A DNA stretch of 64,000 nucleotides from Aquificaceae bacterium (GCA_037925075.1 JAXSNR010000001.1:576001-640000); one strand, 5' to 3'. Positions 48,579-59,021 are shown, numbered from the stretch's first letter. The notes: generated from the sequence alone by a model not told the origin. Program-made: numbers and translations.

Positions 48579-49148
48579 GTTCTCTGAAACTTCCTCCACA
48601 TATTCCATAAGTGGTTTGTCAAGAAGACCCTCCGTATGCAGAAAAACCATACCGCCAAGGGGTCCCATTATGGTGGTAAAGGCGGGATAAAAACTCTGAT
48701 TTCTAAGCTCGCCCTTTTCCACCCCATCACTGAGAAGGACCATAACCTCCGTTATAACGCTTGACACGCAAGCAAAACCTTCACATCCATCCTCAAATAT
48801 CTCCCTATTTACAAGAAATACCCTTAGAAAGTAGTTTATAAGCTCTGGCTCCTCAAGGGCTATCTCAAAAAAGCTCTTAACAAAAAGCCTTATCTTTTCC
48901 TTAAAACTTACTTCCATCTCATTTATCTTCCTGAGCCTTTCGCCTACCCAATCGGACACGGTCATCATAATTTCCTTTGCCAGCTCCTCCTTAGACTCAA
49001 AGTAATTGTACAGGTTTCCCACGCTCATACCTACCGCTTGGGCTATGTCTGGCATTGTGGTGTTGTAATAACCCCTTTCCGAAAAGAGCCTACAGGCGGA
49101 CCTTATTATTTCAAGCCTCTTTTTCTCCTTTAGGCTTTGTCTCCTCAT
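48555..49148 (-). CDS. TetR/AcrR-family regulator
   Basis: LFSERGYYNTTMPDIA...GNLYNYFESKEEL HTH. Confidence 0.9.
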   Translation of the reverse strand: MRRQSLKEKKRLEIIRSACRLFSERGYYNTTMPDIAQAVGMSVGNLYNYFESKEELAKEIMMTVSDWVGERLRKINEMEVSFKEKIRLFVKSFFEIALEEPELINYFLRVFLVNREIFEDGCEGFACVSSVITEVMVLLSDGVEKGELRNQSFYPAFTTIMGPLGGMVFLHTEGLLDKPLMEYVEEVSENLWRALKA

Positions 49149-49170
49149 TTAATAAAATCTTAACAAACAC

Positions 49171-49581
49171 CTAAAGCTCAGGAAGAGAAATTTTGCTAAG
49201 TTTTGAAAGCTTTACTCCCCTTAAGCCTCCTATACTGTTTGTAAGGGTTTGAAGCTCCTCAGCCATACCTTTAAGGATTATCACCTCAAGGCAGTTATGA
49301 TGGTCAATATGCACATGGGTGGAGCATAGCACATTCACTTGGTGTTTGTGCTGAAGGTCAAGAAGCCTATAAACCAGTTCTTTGTCATGATGGTCGTATA
49401 TTAGGCTAAGAACTCCTATAACTTCTTTGTTTTCTTCCCATCTTTCCTGAGATAACAGGTCTCTTATAAGGTCTCTAACAAGCTCAGAGCGAGAAGAATA
49501 GCCCTTTTTTATCACTCTGCTATCAAGCTCTTCAAGAAGCCCTTCGGGAAGAGAGACACAGAAACGAACCGTTTTCTCCAT
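49171..49581 (-). CDS. nikR: Nickel-responsive regulator NikR
   Basis: RFCVSLP ribbon, [24 protein letters not shown]; likely start MEKTVRF. Confidence 0.92.
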   Translation of the reverse strand: MEKTVRFCVSLPEGLLEELDSRVIKKGYSSRSELVRDLIRDLLSQERWEENKEVIGVLSLIYDHHDKELVYRLLDLQHKHQVNVLCSTHVHIDHHNCLEVIILKGMAEELQTLTNSIGGLRGVKLSKLSKISLPEL

Positions 49582-49594
49582 TTTTGAAATTTTA

Positions 49595-50365
49595 TCAAAA
49601 GCCATGAAGGTGCCAATCGCCAGTGCTTCTGTGTTTGTGCATGTGCAAAAGCCCAGCCTTCATTAAATTTTCCTTGTTTTTGAAAAATTCCTCAACCTCT
49701 CCATCATAAACCACTTCATGGTCTTCTCCCAAAACTACAAGCCTATTACCCAACTCACCCACAAGGCTCAAGTTGTGCGTTGAAGTTATGATGGTGCAAG
49801 GAAGCTCCCAAAGAAGGTCCACAAACCAGCCCGTTGTTTTAGGGTCAAGGTGTGCGGTGGGCTCGTCAAGGAGGAGGACTTTGGGCTCAAGCACAAGAAG
49901 ACAGGCAAGGCAAAGCTTTTGCTTTTGACCAGTGCTTAGTTCAAAGGGAGGCCTTTTTAGCTCCTTTGTAAGCCCAAACCTATCAGCCCAGTAGAGTACC
50001 TTCTCTTTTATCTTATCCTCATCCAGCCTAAGCTGTCTTAGGGAAAAGGCAATCTCATCGTACACAGTGGGGTTAAAAAGCATCACCTCTGGGTTCTGAA
50101 AGAGAAGGACCACCTCTTTTCTAAAGCTTCTTTTAAATTCCTTGTCTTTAAAAGCCTTCTCTTCTATCCTCTTGCCAAAGTAGAAATATTCACCCCTTTG
50201 AGGGAAGATAAGGGCGTTCAGAAGCTTTAAGAGGGTGCTTTTGCCAGAGCCGTTTATACCAAGCAGAACAGCCCTTTCTCCCTCCTTTATTCTCAGGTTT
50301 ATATCCCTAAGGGCAAGCCTGTCCTCATAATAAAAGTAGATACCCCTTAGCTCAATCAAGCTCAA
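49595..50365 (-). CDS. cbiO: ECF Ni/Co transporter ATPase (NikO/CbiO)
   Basis: [26 protein letters not shown]; His-rich tail. Confidence 0.85.
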   Translation of the reverse strand: MSLIELRGIYFYYEDRLALRDINLRIKEGERAVLLGINGSGKSTLLKLLNALIFPQRGEYFYFGKRIEEKAFKDKEFKRSFRKEVVLLFQNPEVMLFNPTVYDEIAFSLRQLRLDEDKIKEKVLYWADRFGLTKELKRPPFELSTGQKQKLCLACLLVLEPKVLLLDEPTAHLDPKTTGWFVDLLWELPCTIITSTHNLSLVGELGNRLVVLGEDHEVVYDGEVEEFFKNKENLMKAGLLHMHKHRSTGDWHLHGF

Positions 50366-50897
50366 ACCCCCTTGATTTCATGGCTTTTGTTATCTCCTCA
50401 GAGTCCCTGAGGGACTTATCAAAAAAATAAACCCCTATACTACCAAAGAAGTTTATCACCTCCCTTCTTTTTGGACCCTCTGGACTTCTACTCTTTAGAG
50501 CTTCTTTAAACTCCCAAAAAACTTTCCTGTAGAGGAGTATGTGGCTGGAAGTGATAAGAAGAAGCTGTGAGAGGGTCCTTGAAAAGCCAAGTGCGGAATA
50601 AATGTTTATATGGCTCAAAGCCAAGAGGGTAAGAAGCATAAGGTCCACCATGCGTAAGGTGATAAAGGGTATATACAAGTGGTTTCCAGTCCAAAGACCG
50701 TAGGGTGTTGATATAAAAAGAGTCGTAAATAGGGCAAAAGTAAAAGGCTTGACCCTTTTTCTGAATCCCTTCCGCAGGACCAGTATGTTGGCAAAGAGCA
50801 GAAGAGAACAAACGAAGAACAAGTATTTTACCGAAGAAAGAGAGGACAAAAAGATAAGCCCAAGTGCGTAAAACACCAAAATAAACCTATCCTTCAA
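50352..50897 (-). CDS. cbiQ: ECF T component (NikQ/CbiQ)
   Basis: TM helices; ALKSR and AMKSRG XRX motifs. Confidence 0.75.
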   Translation of the reverse strand: MKDRFILVFYALGLIFLSSLSSVKYLFFVCSLLLFANILVLRKGFRKRVKPFTFALFTTLFISTPYGLWTGNHLYIPFITLRMVDLMLLTLLALSHINIYSALGFSRTLSQLLLITSSHILLYRKVFWEFKEALKSRSPEGPKRREVINFFGSIGVYFFDKSLRDSEEITKAMKSRGFELD

Positions 50898-51522
50898 AGC
50901 CCCTCCTCCTTACAAAGCCCACAACCGCCTGAGTTAAAAGCCCCTCTACAAGGGCAACCGGTAGGTGAAGGCTCAAGATAAAAGGAAGTGTAATCTTGAT
51001 GGGATAAGGAAAATAAAGAGCCCTGCCATTGGCATCTGTGAAAAGATAGGGATGTATGCCAAGGAGGATGGACATAAAAACCGCGGAGACCATAACGGAT
51101 AAAAAGCCAGAAAGGAAAAGGGAGTATCTTCTCCTTGCAAGGAGCATATAAACCCCATAGGCACAAAAGGGTCCAACAAAGCCCATCGCAAGGGCATTTA
51201 CCGAGTAGGTGGTTATCCCCCCATGACCCATCAACAGTGCCTGAAGCAAGAGAACAAGACACATGCACAGATAGGCAGTCCACGGACCAAAGAGAACAGA
51301 AAGTGGTGCAAAACCCATTCCATGCACCGATGTGCCACCGGGGATGGGTATAGAAAGGGAGCTGAGAACAAAGGCAAAGGCGGAGAGTGTTGCCAAATAG
51401 GGAATGCTTCTTTCATTGAGACCTTCTTTGAACCTTTTAAAGCCATAGAGTGCAAGCCCTACGACGAGCGCATACGCCGGCACAAAAATCTGCGGTGCGA
51501 TAAAACCATCTGGGATATGCAT
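50887..51522 (-). CDS. cbiM: ECF S component (NikM/CbiM)
   Basis: MHIPDGF N-terminus, GTSVH, HGGITT. Confidence 0.9.
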   Translation of the reverse strand: MHIPDGFIAPQIFVPAYALVVGLALYGFKRFKEGLNERSIPYLATLSAFAFVLSSLSIPIPGGTSVHGMGFAPLSVLFGPWTAYLCMCLVLLLQALLMGHGGITTYSVNALAMGFVGPFCAYGVYMLLARRRYSLFLSGFLSVMVSAVFMSILLGIHPYLFTDANGRALYFPYPIKITLPFILSLHLPVALVEGLLTQAVVGFVRRRGFEG

Positions 51523-51524
51523 GG

Positions 51525-52529
51525 CTAAAAGATAAGGGAAAGGGTCATGATGAACCTGTATTTTTCCTTGCCTTCGGAACCTTGCTGTTGGCTTTGGTTG
51601 TTAAGGTCCTTCCAGAAGGGAAGCTTTAATCCAGCACCAAGGGAAGCCCTCTTGTAGTACAGCCTTCCACCGAGAACTCCGTAGATTATGTGGCCTCCAG
51701 AGTCCTCCACCTTAAGCCCATTCTCTTTGTCCTTTTGAAGGTGAAGGTAGTTTAGCTCTGTAAGAAGGTCAAACCTCAAGGACCTATCCGCATCTTTGAA
51801 GGCTCTGTAGGCAAGGGCTGTGTTGATCCTTAGCTCGTCTCCGAACTTATACTTGCCTCCTGTGTTGTATTTATGCTCAAAGAATTTTAGGTAGCTTGTG
51901 TCAAAGATAAAGGTAAGGTGGGGAAAGTCTATAAACTGCTTTGTGGCGGTAAAGCCTGCGGTCAGTGTGGGCTTTCCATAGCCCAGAGCCATATCTGGAG
52001 CAAACTCACCCATGTAGCCCCTTTTGTTTGCATCACCAGTAGGAAGGCTAACACCCCCATACAGGGTAAAATGCCAGTCCATCATATCCTCAAGGCTCTC
52101 CCTTCTTGGAAGGAGCTTAAAGCCTCTGTCGTACTTAAAGCCTAAAACGGCCATAAAAGAAGGGTCCGCAAAGCCACGACTGACAAAGCTCTTCTCACCA
52201 CCCTCCCTTAATTCTTTTTTTACATTGTACGGAAGGAACACGTAAAAAGATAGCCATGGCTTTAGGCCATATCCCACTCCAAAGATCCAAAAGTCCGACC
52301 TGTCCTTCTGGTCTGGAAAGTCCGTAAAGTTGTACTTTTTCCATCTGACGCTGTCCCACTTTGTATAAAAAAGCCACGAGCCTTCTGGTAGTGTGGCGGA
52401 GCTTGAGCTTTCTAAGGGTGCGCCTGGTCCCTCAAGGCCAATAGCACCAAGAGAAGCGACTCCATGATGGGCAAGGGCTAAGCCCGAGAAAGTTATCAAG
52501 GCAAAGGTAAGCCTTTTCATCTTTTCCAC
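51525..52529 (-). CDS. Predicted outer-membrane beta-barrel protein in the nickel operon
   Basis: Signal peptide ALA|HHG, amphipathic strands, LPTG motif, C-terminal YRFIMTLSLIF. Confidence 0.7.
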   Translation of the reverse strand: MEKMKRLTFALITFSGLALAHHGVASLGAIGLEGPGAPLESSSSATLPEGSWLFYTKWDSVRWKKYNFTDFPDQKDRSDFWIFGVGYGLKPWLSFYVFLPYNVKKELREGGEKSFVSRGFADPSFMAVLGFKYDRGFKLLPRRESLEDMMDWHFTLYGGVSLPTGDANKRGYMGEFAPDMALGYGKPTLTAGFTATKQFIDFPHLTFIFDTSYLKFFEHKYNTGGKYKFGDELRINTALAYRAFKDADRSLRFDLLTELNYLHLQKDKENGLKVEDSGGHIIYGVLGGRLYYKRASLGAGLKLPFWKDLNNQSQQQGSEGKEKYRFIMTLSLIF

Positions 52530-52927
52530 CTCCTTAGGACCAAGCTTACAAAGCCGAAGATGCCAAGAAGATAGCCAAGACCCGAAAGAACCCTTTTGTA
52601 GCTCTCAAAAGGGCTATGCCTTTGCTCCACTTTGCCAGCCTTTAGGTTCATGCTTATTTCCGCACCATGCCCGTCCTGAGAGCTTATCCTAAAAAGCCAC
52701 AGGCCATCTCTATCAGGGCAGAAGACAACCCTACCAAGGGCATCGCTTCTTCCCTTTTGAAAGGGAACCCCTTCCCCTTCTCTGTAAATTTCATACTCCT
52801 CATAAGAAAAGGCTTTCCCATCCTGAAAGTAAAAACGCACAAGGATGCAGTTGCCCTCCCGATGGACCTCTCTTAAAAGCTCATGAGAAAAGGAGAGAGA
52901 AACAAGAAAAAACAATATCAGGCTCAT
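52517..52927 (-). CDS. NikL-like periplasmic protein with C-terminal TM anchor
   Basis: Signal SFS|HEL, FQKGRSD-x-GR-x-x-F-x-P, DGHG, C-terminal hydrophobic helix. Confidence 0.6.
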   Translation of the reverse strand: MSLILFFLVSLSFSHELLREVHREGNCILVRFYFQDGKAFSYEEYEIYREGEGVPFQKGRSDALGRVVFCPDRDGLWLFRISSQDGHGAEISMNLKAGKVEQRHSPFESYKRVLSGLGYLLGIFGFVSLVLRRWKR

Positions 52928-53604
52928 CTTTCTACCTCAAAGAGAAGATAGAAGGTCTTAAGCACATAGTCCGCCTTTTCTGCGTTGTCTTTTTCTTTGA
53001 CAGTGACACCCACAAGTTGGATACCTTTCTCTCTAACTCTTAGGTTTATCCTTCCCTCCTCGTCTGTGGACCCAACCACCCTAAGGTTGTGGTATACGGG
53101 TGCGTCCCTTAGGGGCTTTCCCTTGTAATAAGCCACAACCGTAAACTTCTGACCAACCCTTAGGCTTGAGGGATTTTCCATAAGGATCAGCTCCAAATCA
53201 TGACCCAGGGGTGTATTTCTTGGCTTCCATAGGTCTACTCTCCTTGCGGTCTCCAAGGAATACCAACTCTCTATGGGGTTCTTGACCTGATCCTTTGGCA
53301 GATTTTTAAGGCCTTCTGGCGTCTTTGTCCAATAGCCAGAAGAAAAAACCGCCTGCACCATATGACAAGTTCCCCCCAGCTTAAAGGGATAACCCTTTAC
53401 AAGCTTAGCCTTGAGCCTATTTCCCTCCGCACTCAAACATTCAAAGCTAAGAACTTGTTCTGGCAGGTATTTAATAAGCTCCTCCTCCCCACTTCCGGGT
53501 TTTATATGTCCGTAAAACAAGGTATAGGAATCCATATCCTTCCTAATCCACAGTTCATGGGCTTGGACCACAAAGAAAAGTGAAAACAACAACAAAAGGA
53601 GCAT
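52924..53604 (-). CDS. DUF4198/NikK-like periplasmic protein
   Basis: Start at ATG 53604 behind GGAGG; VQA|HELWI, FYGH, YKGKPL, TDEEG. Confidence 0.75.
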   Translation of the reverse strand: MLLLLLFSLFFVVQAHELWIRKDMDSYTLFYGHIKPGSGEEELIKYLPEQVLSFECLSAEGNRLKAKLVKGYPFKLGGTCHMVQAVFSSGYWTKTPEGLKNLPKDQVKNPIESWYSLETARRVDLWKPRNTPLGHDLELILMENPSSLRVGQKFTVVAYYKGKPLRDAPVYHNLRVVGSTDEEGRINLRVREKGIQLVGVTVKEKDNAEKADYVLKTFYLLFEVER

Positions 53605-53614
53605 GTGAACCTCC

Positions 53615-53641
53615 GTATTACTTTTCCATATAAAGTAATAT
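53615..53641. promoter_or_regulatory. NikR operator
   Basis: Perfect inverted repeat TATTACTTT-N7-AAAGTAATA overlapping the -10 box of the operon that encodes NikR and NikMQO. Confidence 0.8.
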
Positions 53642-53665
53642 ATATGAACTTTCATTCATTGTCAA
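53637..53665 (-). promoter_or_regulatory. Nickel operon promoter with near-palindrome TGAAC-TTTC-ATTCA (53645-53658) in the spacer
   Basis: TTGACA (53665-53660)-17-TATATT. Confidence 0.75.
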
Positions 53666-53715
53666 TGCCACCGAGTAGGTTTGTCATCCAATGTGTGATG
53701 CTTATACTATAAGGA

Positions 53716-54786
53716 ATGCCCATAAAAAACTACTATCAGATATTAGGCGTTGAGGTAGGTGCAAGTAAAGAGGAAATAAAGAAGGCTTACAGAAGGCTTG
53801 CAAAAGAATGGCATCCGGACGTAAACCCAGACCCAAAGGCAAAGGAGCACTTTAGAGAGATAAACGAAGCATACCACATACTCTCCGATGAACAAAGAAG
53901 GGCAGAGTACGACCGCATACTTCAAAGTGGAGATGAGAAAAGATACAGAGACTTTATGGAGTATGTGCAAGAATTCCTTGAAAGTATATGGCAGGGTATG
54001 AGAAGGGCTCCAAAGCCCAAAAGGGGGCAGGACATAAGGCTCAAGTTGGAGCTAAGCCTTGAAGAAGCGGTTTTAGGATGTGAAAAGGAGGTTGAGTACG
54101 AACGCTGGACAGACTGTCCAGACTGTGAAGGCAAAGGCTACAAAGGGCAGATGGAAAAGGTTGTATGCCATGCCTGTGAAGGCACAGGCAGGAGGGTAAG
54201 CGGTATCTTTAACTTTCCAAGACCGTGTTCCGTGTGTAAAGGAAGAGGGTACATAATAAAAAACCTCTGTCCCACATGCGGTGGAAGGGGTAGGGTTGCC
54301 AAAAAAGGCAGGGTAAGGATAAGCATACCACCTGGTACCGATGAGGGGGAGGTTTTAAAGGTTGCGGGCTTCGGTCATATGGGAGAAAGGGGCGGAGAGC
54401 CGGGAGACCTTTATCTGAGAATAACCATAAAACCTCATGAAATCTTCAAAAAGGTAGGTAAAGACCTCCACATGGAAAAGTTCATATCCTTCCCTATGGC
54501 AGTGCTTGGAGGTACCGTAAAGATAAAGTGGCTCGACGGTAGAGATGTGGAGGTGTTTGTTCAACCCGGGACTGAATGCGGTTCTACAAAGACCTTGCCC
54601 GGTTATGGTTTTCCTGCAGGCAATGGTACGGGAAATTTGGTTATAACCTTTCGCGTAGAGATACCAAAGGATATAAGCATTGCGGTTAGAGGGCTTCTTG
54701 AAAAGCTTGCTAAAGAGCTAAAGGATGATGGGGTGGAAGTAAGAGGCGGGCTTATGGAGAGGATAAAAAACATCCTACCCCTTTGA
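53716..54786 (+). CDS. dnaJ: Chaperone DnaJ
   Basis: J-domain HPD and four CxxCxGxG repeats. Confidence 0.92.
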   Translation: MPIKNYYQILGVEVGASKEEIKKAYRRLAKEWHPDVNPDPKAKEHFREINEAYHILSDEQRRAEYDRILQSGDEKRYRDFMEYVQEFLESIWQGMRRAPKPKRGQDIRLKLELSLEEAVLGCEKEVEYERWTDCPDCEGKGYKGQMEKVVCHACEGTGRRVSGIFNFPRPCSVCKGRGYIIKNLCPTCGGRGRVAKKGRVRISIPPGTDEGEVLKVAGFGHMGERGGEPGDLYLRITIKPHEIFKKVGKDLHMEKFISFPMAVLGGTVKIKWLDGRDVEVFVQPGTECGSTKTLPGYGFPAGNGTGNLVITFRVEIPKDISIAVRGLLEKLAKELKDDGVEVRGGLMERIKNILPL

Positions 54787-55350
54787 GAGCTTTTTCACTT
54801 CAAGGTAATCTCCTATGCCAAGCCTGTGCCACAGGAGTTTTAAAAGCTCCACAAACACAAGGGCTGTGGTTTGGGCATCATCCATGGCTCTGTGTACCCT
54901 TTTGTACTCTATTCCAAAGTAGTCTGCAAGGTCTTTTAGGGAATATTTCCTGAGGTCTGGAAGTATGTTTTTTGCAAGGTTAAGGGTGCATATGTGGGGG
55001 TGTCTAAACCTTTTACCATAGACCTGTCTGTAATATTTGTCTATAAAGGCCATATCCTTTTCCACGCTATGAGCGACTATTATGCTATCTCCCACAAACT
55101 TGAGAAACCTCGGTAGAACCTCCTCCATTTTTGGCTTTCCCACCAGCATGGCATTGGTTATGCCCGTAAGGTCTGTTATCCTTTGAGGCAGAGGATATCC
55201 GGGATAGATTAGACTTGAAAACCTCTCCGTTATCAATCCACCTTCTACCCTCACGCAGGCTATCTCAATAATGTCGGACTTTGAGGGGTCAATGCCCGTG
55301 GCCTCCACATCTACGCTCACAAAGGTACTCTCAAGCAGAATCTCTCTCAT
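54775..55350 (-). CDS. DEDDh 3'-5' exonuclease (DnaQ-like)
   Basis: DVEATG, VAHS...D, HRAMDDA. Confidence 0.85.
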   Translation of the reverse strand: MREILLESTFVSVDVEATGIDPSKSDIIEIACVRVEGGLITERFSSLIYPGYPLPQRITDLTGITNAMLVGKPKMEEVLPRFLKFVGDSIIVAHSVEKDMAFIDKYYRQVYGKRFRHPHICTLNLAKNILPDLRKYSLKDLADYFGIEYKRVHRAMDDAQTTALVFVELLKLLWHRLGIGDYLEVKKLSKG

Positions 55351-57566
55351 CAGGGAACTTCCTTAACCTTTGGCGAATCTTTCTTTAAATACTCTGGGTT
55401 CACAATGCCTTCAAGCTCATTTTCCGTGTCCTGAGGCTCTGTTTGGTTTTCACCACTACACACACCTTCTGTGCCCTCTACAAAGAGCATGGGCGTTGGA
55501 CAGTCTACCACTACCACACCTTCTGGTATGGGAAAGTCTGTTTTTGGATACATGTATGAGGCAACAGACATATAATCTATCCATATGGGCAAGGCCACTC
55601 TTGCACCCGCCATCCCTTTGCCCATACTCCTTTTTATGTCAAAGCCCACCCAAACACCCGCCACTATATGGGAAGAAAATCCTACAAACCACGCGTCCAT
55701 GTAGTCGTTGGTGGTTCCAGTCTTTCCCGCCACAACCCTTTGCAAAGAGCTAGCCGAAACCGCGGTTCCTTCAAGCACAACCGCCCTGAGCATATCCACC
55801 AAAACCCTTGTCTCCTGAGAAGGAAGCACCTGCTCACACTTAGGTGAGTTTTCCTCAAGAACAGAACCATCAGGTCCTACTATCTTTCTTATGAAATAGG
55901 GTTCGCACCTCATACCAAGGTTTGCAAAAGTCTGAAAGGCGGAGGTAAGCTCAAGGGGGGTTACCTCTATACTACCCAAAGCCATGGAATAGTAGGGCTT
56001 TAACTCAATACCTAAAAGCCTCCCAATCTCTATGGGTAGGTCAAAACCTATGTCTGCAAGGAGATTTACCGTCGCAGTATTAACACTTTTTGCCAAGGCC
56101 GTTCTTAGAGTAATCTCACCGTATTCCGCACCCTCATAGTTGTCCGGCGTCCATTCTCTACCTTTGGATGGATCATAAAAGCTTCTTGGAGTGGCATCTA
56201 TAAAACTTGCCTGTGTATAACCCTTCATGAGAGCCGCAAGGTATATGACGGGCTTTATAGCTGAACCGGGTTGACGCTTTGCATAGACTGCCCTGTTGTA
56301 CGGGCTTCTTAGGTAAGAATACCCACCCACCATAGCCCTTATGGCTCCCGTCTTTACATCAAGGCTTACAAGGGCTCCCTGTAAGTCTGGAAGAACCTCT
56401 ACCTTTATCTCCTTGCTCTTTTTGTCCCTGTAGAGCCTTACCAATACAAAATCTCCCTTTTCAACAGGTAGGTTTCTCCTCTCAAGGTCAAACTCATACT
56501 CTCCTAACTCCAACTTTAGCCTATCTCCACTTACAGAAAGGACCTTACCTATATAAACCTTACCCGGCTTTAGGTCAATCTTTTGTTCCCTGTATTTGGT
56601 TGCTATCTCATAGGGGTCTTCGGGGAGGAAGGGTATGCCATTTGCTTGAGCCACTTTCATAATACCGCGTTTTAAGACATTCTTTGCATGCTCCTGAAGG
56701 TCTTTGTCCACTGTGGTATAGACCTTGTAGCCTCCAGCCAAAACAACCTCGCCGTATTTATCCGCAAGATACTCTTTTACATAATCAAGGAAATAATCCA
56801 TTCCGTAATATCTGTTTTCTAACTTGACATTTATGGGTTTTTCTATAAGCCTCTTGTAATCTTCTTCTGTAATGTAGCCATCTTCGTACATGCGACCAAG
56901 CACATAGTCCCTTCTTTCCTTTACCTTTTCTGGGTTTCTAAAAGGGTTGTAGCGGGTGGGTGCCTTTGGAAGACCCGCAAGAACCGCAGCTTCGTCAATG
57001 GTCAGCTCCTTTACAGACTTTCCAAAGTATATCCTTGATGCCGCCTCTACCCCATAAGCACCCTGACCTAAGTATATGTAATTGAGATACATCTCCAGTA
57101 TCTGGTCCTTTGTAAAATGCCTCTCAATCCTCAAGGCCAAAAGGGCTTCTCTGACCTTTCTTTTTAGGCTTTTCTCCGTGGTAAGAAAAAGGTTTCTTGC
57201 CACCTGCTGGGTTATAGTGGATGCCCCCTGCCTTATATCTCTATAGCGTATATTCGTGTAAACCGCCCTAACTATGGCTATGGGATCCACTCCCGGATGT
57301 CTGTAAAAGTTTTTGTCTTCCGCCGAAATAAAAGCCTGTCTAACATGGATAGGTATGTCCTTCAGGCTCACATAGTACCTTCTTTGCACCGCCACATCAC
57401 CAAAGGGTCTGTCCTTTGCATCGTAAACTACGGTAACAAGTGGAGGCTTCCAATCTTTGAGGGCTTCCACCGGAGGAAGATTGGCGGACAGGATAAAAAG
57501 CAAAGCGAAAGAGAAAAGGGAAAACAAACCCAAAATACCCAGACTGAGATATAGAACTTTCCGCAC
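55350..57566 (-). CDS. mrcA: Class A penicillin-binding protein 1A
   Basis: EDKNFY-x-H, GASTITQQ, RKVRE, RQPGSAIKP, SVN, KTGT. Confidence 0.9.
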   Translation of the reverse strand: MRKVLYLSLGILGLFSLFSFALLFILSANLPPVEALKDWKPPLVTVVYDAKDRPFGDVAVQRRYYVSLKDIPIHVRQAFISAEDKNFYRHPGVDPIAIVRAVYTNIRYRDIRQGASTITQQVARNLFLTTEKSLKRKVREALLALRIERHFTKDQILEMYLNYIYLGQGAYGVEAASRIYFGKSVKELTIDEAAVLAGLPKAPTRYNPFRNPEKVKERRDYVLGRMYEDGYITEEDYKRLIEKPINVKLENRYYGMDYFLDYVKEYLADKYGEVVLAGGYKVYTTVDKDLQEHAKNVLKRGIMKVAQANGIPFLPEDPYEIATKYREQKIDLKPGKVYIGKVLSVSGDRLKLELGEYEFDLERRNLPVEKGDFVLVRLYRDKKSKEIKVEVLPDLQGALVSLDVKTGAIRAMVGGYSYLRSPYNRAVYAKRQPGSAIKPVIYLAALMKGYTQASFIDATPRSFYDPSKGREWTPDNYEGAEYGEITLRTALAKSVNTATVNLLADIGFDLPIEIGRLLGIELKPYYSMALGSIEVTPLELTSAFQTFANLGMRCEPYFIRKIVGPDGSVLEENSPKCEQVLPSQETRVLVDMLRAVVLEGTAVSASSLQRVVAGKTGTTNDYMDAWFVGFSSHIVAGVWVGFDIKRSMGKGMAGARVALPIWIDYMSVASYMYPKTDFPIPEGVVVVDCPTPMLFVEGTEGVCSGENQTEPQDTENELEGIVNPEYLKKDSPKVKEVP

Positions 57567-57628
57567 TCTAAGGTATTATAAGCTAAGATGGTATAATTTA
57601 GTCATATCCCCAAAAAAGGAGGTTTTCC

Positions 57629-58927
57629 ATGAACCTATACGAATACGAAGCTTACGAAAAGGTATTTAAAAAATACGGAGTGCCCACTCCCAGATATATG
57701 TTTGCAGACCATATGAACGACGAAATAGTAAACTTTATGAACCAGCTGGGCGAGTGTGTTATAAAGTCTCAGGTACTGGTAGGCAAAAGGGGTAAGGCTG
57801 GTGCGGTAAAGCTTTGCAAAAACCCAGAGGAAGCATTGGAAACCTTTAACGCCTTGCTTAACTATCCCGTCTACGGTGAAATGCCAGTGGGTCTTCTTGT
57901 AAGCGAAAAAGCCAACATCCTCAAAGAGCTATACGCCTCTATAACCTATTCCACAGAGGTCAGGGCTCCCGTGCTTACCCTAAGCCTTGAGGGGGGGATG
58001 GACATAGAAGAGGTGCCCCCAGAAAAGGTAAAAAGCTGGACCATTGACCCAATAAAGGGGCTGTACCCTCATATGGTAAGGAACTATCTCCTTGAGCTTG
58101 GTTTTCCTGAGCAGTACATGGGAGTTCTGAGGGAGCTTTCTGAGGTTATAGCCAACATGTGGAGAGCCTTCTGGGAGTCCGAGGCAAGGCTTTTGGAGAT
58201 CAACCCCCTTGCCATATGTGATATAGGTGGCAAGCAACGGGTCCTTGCCCTTGATGCTGTGGTGACCATTGACGATGATGCCAGCATTCCACCCGCCAAG
58301 ATATACGGCGTGAGAACCGCCATGAAAAGACCCCCAACAGAAAGGGAAATAGAAGCTTCCTTAATAGACAGGGATGACCATAGAGGAAAGGCGGGTTCAT
58401 ATGTGGAGGTGGATGGAGACATTGCCATGATGACCTTTGGCGGTGGTGGTTCAACAGTTACCATAGAAACCACCTATGCCATGGGTCTAAAGCCCGCCAA
58501 CTTCACCGACATAGGAGGAAACCCACCTGCGGAAAAGATGTACAAGATAACGAGGATAATCCTCTCAAAGCCGGGCATAAGGGGTGTCCTCGTGTGCGGT
58601 GGCACTGCAAACAACACAAGGATTGATGTAACCCTCGGTGAAGGTGTGGCAAACGCCATAAGGGATCTCTACAAGGAAGGCAAGCTAAACCCAGATTGGA
58701 TATGGGTGGTTCGTAGGAACGGACCAGAAGCGGAAAAGGGCTTAAGAATGCTTTATGAAGCCTTTAAAGAGTGTGGAGTTAAAGGCGAGATATACGACTC
58801 ATCTCTACCGCTTACAGAAGCTCCCATAAGACTAAAAGAGTTACTTGACAGGTGTGAATCTACGCAAAAAGGTTTAAAGGAAGACAGACACTTTACAGAG
58901 GAGCAAGCTCAAGATATGGGAATATAA
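57629..58927 (+). CDS. ccsA: Citryl-CoA synthetase large subunit (SucC-like ATP-grasp; reductive TCA cycle)
   Basis: MNLYEYEAY, GKRGKAG, EINPL, GGGGS, GGTANNTRID; matches the Aquificaceae CcsA type rather than canonical SucC. Confidence 0.8.
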   Translation: MNLYEYEAYEKVFKKYGVPTPRYMFADHMNDEIVNFMNQLGECVIKSQVLVGKRGKAGAVKLCKNPEEALETFNALLNYPVYGEMPVGLLVSEKANILKELYASITYSTEVRAPVLTLSLEGGMDIEEVPPEKVKSWTIDPIKGLYPHMVRNYLLELGFPEQYMGVLRELSEVIANMWRAFWESEARLLEINPLAICDIGGKQRVLALDAVVTIDDDASIPPAKIYGVRTAMKRPPTEREIEASLIDRDDHRGKAGSYVEVDGDIAMMTFGGGGSTVTIETTYAMGLKPANFTDIGGNPPAEKMYKITRIILSKPGIRGVLVCGGTANNTRIDVTLGEGVANAIRDLYKEGKLNPDWIWVVRRNGPEAEKGLRMLYEAFKECGVKGEIYDSSLPLTEAPIRLKELLDRCESTQKGLKEDRHFTEEQAQDMGI

Positions 58928-58933
58928 GAGATT

Positions 58934-59009
58934 TGGTGGAGCGGAGGGGACTTGAACCCCCGACCTCCTACACGCCAAGCAGGCGCTCTCCCAACTGAGC
59001 TACCGCCCC
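58934..59009 (-). tRNA. tRNA-Ala(GGC), CCA encoded
   Basis: GGGGCGG/CCGCTCC acceptor stem with G3:U70, anticodon loop TTGGCGT, ends ACCA. Confidence 0.95.
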
Positions 59010-59021
59010 TGCAAAGTAAAT

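Noticed and set aside
57629..58927. Succinyl-CoA synthetase beta subunit (sucC)
   Set aside because: Lacks the canonical NGAGLAM and NIFGGI motifs; fits citryl-CoA synthetase better.
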